Below are positions 62,845-64,000 of a DNA stretch of 64,000 nt, in pieces. The stretch covers positions 114,824,001-114,888,000 of the forward strand of contig NC_043000.1 in assembly GCF_006345805.1 (NCBI RefSeq). Direction: 5' to 3'. The notes beneath the pieces were generated by a model. It saw only the letters and a program-made list of their open reading frames with translations, was not told where the DNA came from and searched no databases. This DNA is from Octopus sinensis (taxonomy: Eukaryota). Positions within the stretch are counted from its first letter, which is position 1; every line of letters starts with the position of its first letter. The translations under genes and the position numbers were made by a program.

Positions 62845-64000
62845 AGGTAGTAAGTAGCGAACTTCTTCACTACTACAGGGAGTGACGACCCTGCCTGACA
62901 CGAGTTCCGGGCTCAGCTGGCTCTGGCTGACAGTACCCGGTATGGGCCCCTATCCAGGGTTACGGAAAGGAGACAATCTTCAAAGAAATCCGGAGTGGAG
63001 CCCCGAAGGCGGTCTAGTGTTCGACTCGACACTCTTCCAGCAGCTCCTGCAACCAAGCTGGTGCCAAACGTAATGCACTGCACTCCACCAGCAAGGTCGA
63101 GAGAGGAAACCTGACGATTGGGCTACTCTGGACTTTCTTATCTATAGCCCAGGCCTGCGCAAAACTGGAGAGGACACTTCAGTGCTGCTGTAAAAAGCTG
63201 CAGAAACAACACGGGAGGTAACAGTCATGAGTGATAAGCCCATTCAGATTGGTGTAAAATATGGGCGCTACGGGTTACCTCTGACAGTGGGAGGGACCTC
63301 CGTGTCCTATTTGTTAGCTACTGCCCACCTCAAGCTGGGCAGCCCCTAGTTAATAAGGTGCTGACCCGCCACAGGCCACCTGCTCCATTGGGTGCTTGGA
63401 GCTAAGAGTATGACTCGAAAAGCGGCCTGCAACCTCTGCACCAGGCAAGCAACTAAAAGTCAAGAAAACACCAGTTCTGCGGTTGGCAAGCTGGAATGTC
63501 AGGACCATGTGTCCTGGAATATCTGATGATCTTCTCAGGATTGAAGACTCAAGGAAAATGGCCATCATTGACCGTGAACTAAAGAGGCTTAACATAGATA
63601 TTGCTGGGCTGCAGGAGACAAGACTTCCCTCAAACAGCAAACTCAAAGAGCAGGATTTCACCTTCTTTTGGCAGGGAAGAGATCCAGAAGAACCTCGTCA
63701 ACATGGCGTTGGCTTTGCAGTGAGAAACTCACTACTCTCCTCAATAGAACCACCATCGGGAGGCACTGAGCATATCCTCTCACTGCGCCTCTCGACTTCT
63801 TCTGGCTCAGTACATCTACTCAGCATCTATGCTCCCACTCTCTACAGCTCAGAGGAGACCAAGGACCAGTTCTACAAAGATCTCAACTGTGTCACAGAAA
63901 ATATACCAACGACTGAAAATATCTACCTCCTAGGGGATTTTAACGCTCGCGTGGGATCTGACCATGATTTGTGGCCCATTTGTGTTGGACACTTTGGTAT
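62845..64000 (+). mobile_element. 5' end of an RTE LINE (5'UTR plus AP endonuclease), running off the window
   Basis: GC-rich leader followed by an APE coding frame. Confidence 0.9.
63414..64000 (+). CDS. RTE LINE apurinic-like endonuclease domain (partial, open to window end)
   Basis: Stop-free frame: LRLASWNVRTM..LNIDIAGLQETRL..FFWQG..HGVGFAVRN..LSIYAPT..KDQFY..LLGDFNARVG..GHFG. Confidence 0.9.

Overview
Repeat-saturated, AT-rich eukaryotic (metazoan) non-coding DNA. The SINE families, (TA)n/(CA)n/(GAT)n microsatellite load and RTE/Penelope content resemble an octopus (coleoid cephalopod) genome; this is recalled similarity, not a database result. I cannot support any intact host protein-coding exon. 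Nearly all ORFs in the track are microsatellite or SINE read-throughs. The window contains: decayed Tc1 (DD34E), mariner (DD34D) and maT (DD37D) transposons; many MITEs (Tc1/mariner, pogo, hAT, piggyBac, Merlin-like); non-autonomous Helitrons and a Helentron-type element; RTE LINE pieces; several tRNA-derived SINE families; and Penelope-like element (PLE) relics inserted in (TA)n tracts. The most interesting signals are: (i) a PLE at about 20.4-22.0 kb with two inverted hammerhead-ribozyme motifs directly followed by a GIY-YIG-only (RT-less) reading frame; (ii) short TA-embedded elements with minimal or atypical hammerheads, and hairpin-plus-tail foldbacks; (iii) an RTE LINE with a PHD finger inside its RT and a 3' UTR made of a variable ~65-bp hairpin array plus a SINE-like domain; (iv) a possible host first exon near 16.4-16.6 kb. 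SINE boundaries are approximate (about +/-10 bp).
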